A stretch of 60,229 nucleotides of DNA, the filler included, from Platydemus manokwari (lineage: Eukaryota), in NCBI GenBank assembly GCA_037951405.1. It is 6 parts of 6 records of this genome, joined end to end, with 100 filler letters (N's around TTAATTAATTAA, not from the genome) between each part and the next. Parts side by side here need not be neighbours in the genome. Positions count along the whole stretch, not along the records: positions 48,891 to 60,229 come from JBBMOY010749981.1; 5 more parts are not named here. One strand, written 5' to 3'. The position numbers were made by a program, and so were the translations under genes. Below are positions 53,946 to 60,229 of the stretch, piece after piece (within the stretch, counting starts at the first letter, position 1; each line of letters starts with the position of its first letter). The notes beneath the pieces were generated by a model. It was not told the DNA's origin. It ran no database searches and saw only the letters and a program-made list of their open reading frames with translations.

Positions 53946-54665
53946 TTATTTTAAACAATCTCCATTTATTTGTTTATAACACCAAACTGAATCATGACCC
54001 GATTCAATTACATCGACGGGAATCCAATTCGGAAATGGATATCGGCAAGCAATAACACAAGAATTGTTGGGAAGTTCTTTCGATAATTTAATTTCCAAAT
54101 CGTTCATCTTAGATTAAAATGAAAGGAAAAATCATTATATCATACAAAAGTAATCAAACGTTACCATTGAATCAACACCAAAAATTATTATGTTAGAGTA
54201 AGAATGTAATTTATAATTCCATAGATTTTTCCTGATAAATGTAGCAGGAATTTTTAATTTGAAAGACAAATATTTTGAATACCACACCAATGGTCGATTA
54301 ATTTCAATTCCAAAAAGATCAGAAAATTCCAAACGATTGTCTTGACCAATTGCAAAAATCTAATCAATATCGTATGTCTTGTCAAATAAAATCATTGATT
54401 TCAAAGAACTTACTACTCTTCCATCTCCACTTCCCAAATCAATTAAGGGTTTGTTTTGAATTCCATGCTTAATTAACATAGATTTAATTTTTTTCAATTG
54501 AGCATCAGTAGCAGGAACATAAGGAAGGCAAATCTTACGAAATGCTGGTGTGATAAATGGTAATAATAGAAATCCAGAAATTATTGTAGTTGTTGTACAT
54601 ATAAATAAAGTAGTATATTTTTTAATTTTTTCCGAGGGTATTTTATATTTCAAATCTAAATTCAT
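53946..54665 (-). CDS. ATPSCKMT: ATP synthase c-subunit lysine N-methyltransferase (FAM173B); exons 54414-54665, 54165-54359, 53946-54107; ~202 aa
   Basis: PFITPAFRKICLPYVPAT, SAM motif DLGSGDGR, GIEINRPLVWYS, YSNIIIFGVDSMM and VIACRYPFPNW...DSVWCY. Introns of 54 and 57 bp are GT-AG, phase 0. Confidence 0.92.
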
Positions 54666-56977
54666 TACAAAATAGACAATGAAAAATATCTGTAATTTAA
54701 AACTAAATTTGTATTAAAGTCGTCCTTGATCAATTTTAAACAACTCACCATAAATGTAAGATGATTGATTTTTAATTTAATGTAATTCAAGATTTTCACA
54801 AAACTGTATATTATTATATTTACAATATTAGCTAACATAGCTTTTCAACTTGTTTTTAATTTGTTATTTACTTCTTACAATGAAACTTTAAGGATATTAT
54901 ATAAGTTATTATCGAATATTTTGACTAAAAAATGAGTTTAAAAGTACTTTCTTAGGCAATTAGATGTTTATGAACATAAACGTTGAAACAAACTGTAAAG
55001 TATATATGTATTATAACACTTAATGAATGCAACTATTTTAATGAAATTTATATATTAAATGTCTACCATATTAGTAACTTAAAATTATGTTATGTTTGTA
55101 GAAACATCACTGATAAATAAATTAAGTTAAATAATGAATGGAAATTAATTTATTTAAAGTAGTATGTCTGAATTTTTTATGGGTGCTTGCTTACATACCA
55201 TTTCTATGCTTCTGTGTTAATATGTCATGGGGTGGTATTTATTTTTGAGCTATATGCAATCCATTATTTATAGTTATATTAATTATTTAAAAGTTTTACT
55301 ATTGATATAAAAATCAAATATCTAGTAATTGATATCCTCAACAGATCCTCAAACACATAACATATCATAAAAAATAATAGTAATTGTCATGCACAATTAT
55401 TATAATTTCAATGGGGGAAACTTATCTACAATTAGAAAGGTCTCTGAAACCATACTCTAGAAAAAAAAGTTAGCGGGACCAAGCCCAAGGCTAATATTGT
55501 CACGCTAATCTGAAAAAATTTTGCTGGCTGTTTACAAGAGTCTGGAGAGAGAACACCCATCTAAAATGGGGAACCTCAAATTCAACGACGCAAATATTGA
55601 TCTATCTGAATCATATAGTGACATGCCTTTATCTATATCACATAGATAAAACTTTTTGAACTTAAGGTATCACTGGAATGTATATACAAATATACAGGTT
55701 CAAATTGTCAAAACTAATCTCAGGAGAATAGTAGTAATGACAAATAGTAGATTGATGAGTTTTTCCCAAGTAATTTGTGGAAACAATTGGTATAAACAGC
55801 AAGTAACAGTGAAGAAAAAAGCAATTTTTGTGTAAAATAGTAAGACTTATAATATGAGAGAATAAGTAAGGTAAAAGTTTGTAAAGGTACCTGAGAATGA
55901 ATAACTGAGACGAGGCTGATGATGAAGAAGTCAAAGATATGACTGAGTTGATGGTGAGGTGGAGTGAATCATTAGCAACAAGGTAAAGATGAAAGATGAA
56001 GATAAGCAAATTTGATAAATGATATGACGTAATCATAGGAAAATTATAATGGCAAAGTGAAAATGATGATATGTAATGAGCGATAAGGTTTTGAAAAGTT
56101 CATGATATGAAGATGACATTTCTTGTTTAGTGTTTGGTGTGGGAAGCGAAGGTAAATTATTTTATGTGCAGAGTGCAAATAGATATAAGGCATTACGAAT
56201 CACCTTATGGAGTAAAAGAAATGAAGACTTGTTGACATTTATCCCGTCAAAGTTTAGTGGTGAGAGACCCACGAACATCCTCATTGAGCATTTCAATAAA
56301 ATGAGTCTTTTTGTTTTTCATACATACATCAATGAGTACTGGTTTGTGCTTCTTGCGGTTAAAATTCTGATTATTGATTAAATTCTTGACCAAGGAAAAA
56401 TGAATCATAATTATTTTTTTCCTAAATCCAATAAAATAAGATCAAACCGTGAAATAGAGTGTATCTCGACAAGTGTAGAGTCACTGCCGACATTAAGAAA
56501 TTGAGCACAAATACAGTGACCTACAGTGTCAAGAAGAGGACTTTGCCTAGCAGAATAAATTATATGTGAATATATTATATATTCTTGACAATTCATCTTA
56601 CCTCTCTTGGTAATGATTTATTGATTAAGATTTATCTGATGAACAATTTGATATTTGTAAAGATCGATAAACTTTAGTAAATTGTACACAAAATATATAT
56701 TATTATTTAAAAAGTTATAAATAAAATAAATTAGACAATTTGAATAAAATAAAATAAGCAGGAACAAAAAGAAAATTTAGTTAATAATTTAAAAAGTTGA
56801 TAAATGATATAATAAAATTTTTAATGTCAATAAAATTTAATGAAATTTTAAAGTCACGGAACATTAAAAATCATAAATAATTTAAATCAAATTGGACGAT
56901 TAGAGAAAAATTGAAATTTCAAAGAAAAATAATAAATACAAGCTAATTTGCGAGAATTTCAATTTGATAAATTTAAC

Positions 56978-57010
56978 TATTGGGTTAGTGCATAAATCCG
57001 TGCGGTTTTA
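56978..57010 (+). mobile_element. Isolated mariner-like terminal inverted repeat
   Basis: TA+TTGGGTTAGTGCATAAATCCGTGCGGTTTT resembles mariner TIRs such as TTAGGTTGGTGCAAAAGTAATTGCGGTTTT. No partner end was found. Confidence 0.5.
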
Positions 57011-57359
57011 TTTTTTGCAAAGAAAATACATCAACTTCTTGTTTTAACTGATTTGAGGTATATTCATTCTGCTGAATAATATATTTAAATCATTTCAGAC
57101 TAACGTTCACTTTCAGTATTCTCATTAAAATAGTGTCAGGCAGATTAAAATGAACATTTCCAGCATTCGAAATAAATATGAATTATTTCTTGATATTCAT
57201 TTACTCCGAAAACATTCACACTTATATTATTTTGTTTATTGAATTTCATTATATCTTCAATCTTCATTGGAAAATTATACCATTTATATTTGATTCATTT
57301 AAAAATGGAAGATATTTACCTAACCTTTCGGAATTTTCATTAGCTGTATCTAAATATGC

Positions 57360-57560
57360 TTAAACAGAATATATGAAACATCTGTTATCATTATTTCTTA
57401 TATTTACAATATATGGTGATTGAGAAGGTAACCTAACATAAGTACCTTCAACTAATGATTGAAATTTATAAATATTTATTCTAATAAAATTTATTTTTTC
57501 ATGTATCCAAAATGATCCATTTCCCTCAAGTCCTTGAATAAAACCATCACGGATCACGGT
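57360..57560 (-). mobile_element. Polinton-type PolB N-terminal region fragment
   Basis: EGNGSFWIHEKINFIRINIYKFQSLVEGTYVRLP...IVNIRNNDNRCFIYSV matches the GSGW...YxPLxGxSYIxLP...INVxNxDxxCFxW pattern of this family. Confidence 0.7.
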
Positions 57561-58105
57561 GGTCTTAATCAGTCTCTGGCGAGTTCCAATCAAGCCCAAC
57601 GTGCACCTCAAGCTTTATATTATCTTCTTTATTCACCTCGCAATCAAATCTATATGAGGATAGAAATTGGCAACAATCATCCAACGAGGTATATTTTAAT
57701 CCTATCAGTCTCAAAATTACTTAATAAATTATCAATGCCTCCAATATCAATTGACAACTCAACTCCTTTTTCTAAATAAATGTTTATTAATACAATGAAC
57801 AAAATTACAGTTTACAGTACTTGTATACACTGAAATAAAACGTTGGATAACGGCTAAAACCTACAATTCCAGATGAGAGCGGTTAATACGTCCTTCTCTT
57901 GGAGTAAAACCGATTACCAAAGATGTTTTTGAGCAAAGCTCTATAATAAAATGATAAACGATACGTACGATATATTCGGATCAGTTTTTTATACAAAAAT
58001 CGAACTCACTACTTGAAATGGCAATATGGAGTATGTTCTGTCGTCGAGCTAATTCTTCTAACAATCTTCGAGAGATCTGTCTTAATAGTTGTTTCTCAAA
58101 CGCAC

Positions 58106-58270
58106 TGTTAGTAGCAGCTACTTCGTTTGTTACTGGTGTTGCATCAAAAGAATTCATGATTAGGATTTTCACAAATTGATTAAATAAAACAAATAAACAT
58201 TATTCAAACAAATTTGGAAAGCTTTATCATTTAATATTAACCTTGATCAGGATTATATATATATATTTTA
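58106..58270 (-). repeat. Dispersed repeat copy 2 (shared with 50826-50990)
   Basis: TGTTAGTAGCAGCTACTT...TGTTACTGGT...CATCAAAAGAATTCATGATTAGGATTT...GATCAGGATTATATATATA. Confidence 0.8.
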
Positions 58271-59892
58271 AAAATTCTACTTATAACATTTTTAAAACAT
58301 TTCAAAACTTTTTAAATAAAATAACGTCATTATAGGATGATAATTGGATTTGAAGCTCTTAGGAAAATATTGATTCTGGATTATAATATACAATGTGACT
58401 ATGTTATAACTCACCAATTAAATAATATTTTTCAACAGTGAGAAATGGGCACAGTAAATTCTATGATGCAAATATGTACATGAAATGTTTTCAAATTTTC
58501 GTGTTATAGTTGCTGAAATCCTTGAAAATACAAAGGTTGCACAATATCATGATAAGAAATGCAGTTCATGAAATCTATTGATCTTCGAATACTAAAGACA
58601 TCACAGTCATATGTTCAACTGATGAACTCCTTTCATAAATGAAGTCAATACTAATATAGAAAGAAAACTCGAAAATTTAACGAATGAAATTAAGTAAATG
58701 ATCACATTGATGGAAGGATTTATATAATCACCAAATATGAATAATATAATCCCATTCAATTTACAAAGCGCCCCATACAATCAAGCATTGAATTAAATCA
58801 CGTTCAGTGGCCATTTAATCCAAGAATAATTGTTGATGATGAATGCTATAAGAAGTTAATAGTTTCATCTTGTCTTATCATAACACACGTGTTCTTTCAT
58901 CAGATATATGGTTAAAAGATAACAGTGACACCGAAGAAGAAACTTGCGTGAAACCAAATGAAATTTGGTAAATGCTGATCAGGTATTTGGAGAACAAAGA
59001 GGTTTGAATAAACCAGTGAGCTACGATGAAACGTTAAGTATTGATACTGTGATTACTTTCGAGGTAATTCGGTGCGCATGAGCGTCCTTTGATTTACTGA
59101 TTGAAGTCATCAATCTGCCATGGATCCTTGTTAATGTTCGATGTGATATGCGACAAATTCTCATTCGGTTAGTGGATGAATTCGATTATCAATGATGAAA
59201 ATAATGACGAATTTAATAAACTGAAAATAGAATCTTATTGCCATGATATTAAATTTCGACAGATTATAATCATATTATCAGCTCTACAGCTGATTTTTGA
59301 AATCTTTAACAATGGCTTCTTGCTATGCTTCTCCAATGCAACTCTCATTTCTTACATAGTAGATGCTATTATGTTAAAAATTGATTTTGTTACATTGTCA
59401 AAATATATTCGGTCTTGTTATAAATAACCAGCCAATTGAAACAGAATAAGATTTTGTTTCTGTTGTCAATTTTCAATGCCAGATGTATTGTTTTTCTTTT
59501 AAATAGCCAAGTATGTAGCTGAAATTGAAGGTAACCAGCGCTCTGTATTTAAATTTATTATCTCTGTGGTCATTTTTGGGTTTCAGAAAAAGACAGTCTA
59601 TCATTGATTGGGTTTGTCCCATGGTTTTCGTTGTGAGGTGATTTCATCGCAAATCTATTAAATAAATCACCTCTAAGATTTATTCTCAATTCGACTGATT
59701 AATCTAGAAACTTAAACTCAGTAATAATACTAATTATTTTTTTATCAACAATATATCGTACACATCTATTTCTGTAAACTCTTAACTAAAATTAGTCGAT
59801 ATTTTTCATATTTTGCTTTCTCTATCTGTTGATCGAAGTTATTCATTTTGGTTTTCATTTGTATTTCATTTATTAATTTCATATGTGTAAGC

Positions 59893-59992
59893 TAGTGGTT
59901 TTCAACCTTTTTTCTGGAGAGGAACCAAACGAAAACATTTCTCTGGCTCGGGGAATCTCTGTGCAATAATGTACTGAGTTTAATTATGTTAA
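59893..59992 (-). mobile_element. hAT element end, same family as 17943-18278
   Basis: Reverse-complement match to 18184-18274 (TTAACATAATTAAACT...CGAGCCA...TTCCTCTCCAG.AAAAAGGTTGAAAACC). Confidence 0.75.
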
Positions 59993-60229
59993 ATTTAATA
60001 TATTTAAACAATTACTGACAATACAAATAATACAAATAATAATGACATAATAATAATTCAACAAGACTTGAAGAGTATTCATTATAAATTCGTTGTTTTC
60101 ATTCTTGATGCTTGTGACAAAATCCCAATTTAACCTTCTACTATTAGAAAATCTATTAACCCTTTCAATACGACTTTTGGCCAGTGAAAATATTTTTGTA
60201 TAACTGAACTATATGTGCTGCAAATAAAT

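Overview
Very AT-rich eukaryotic (animal) genomic DNA with tiny GT-AG introns (mostly 40-57 bp). This style resembles compact invertebrate genomes such as the orthonectid Intoshia linei, but that is inference only. The window is not one continuous locus: five 100-bp spacers (44 N + TTAATTAATTAA + 44 N) join pieces of about 9-11 kb. Five host genes can be spliced by hand: ZCCHC9, EXD2, an SDR16C-type retinol dehydrogenase, ATPSCKMT/FAM173B and a DBD-less NR0B (DAX-1/SHP)-like nuclear receptor. There is also the last exon of an ADP-ribosylglycohydrolase-like gene. The most unusual element is an intronless, bacterial-type queuosine-precursor transporter (YhhQ/VUT) fragment with an in-frame TGA, a candidate horizontal transfer. 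The SDR and EXD2 genes are separated by only 50 bp with an operon-like layout. The rest is decayed mobile DNA: Tc1/mariner, hAT, a Ty3/gypsy LTR+PBS+gag remnant, solo LTR-like repeats and Polinton-type DNA polymerase B remnants. No rRNA, tRNA or CRISPR was seen, and I cannot support a wholly new multi-gene system.
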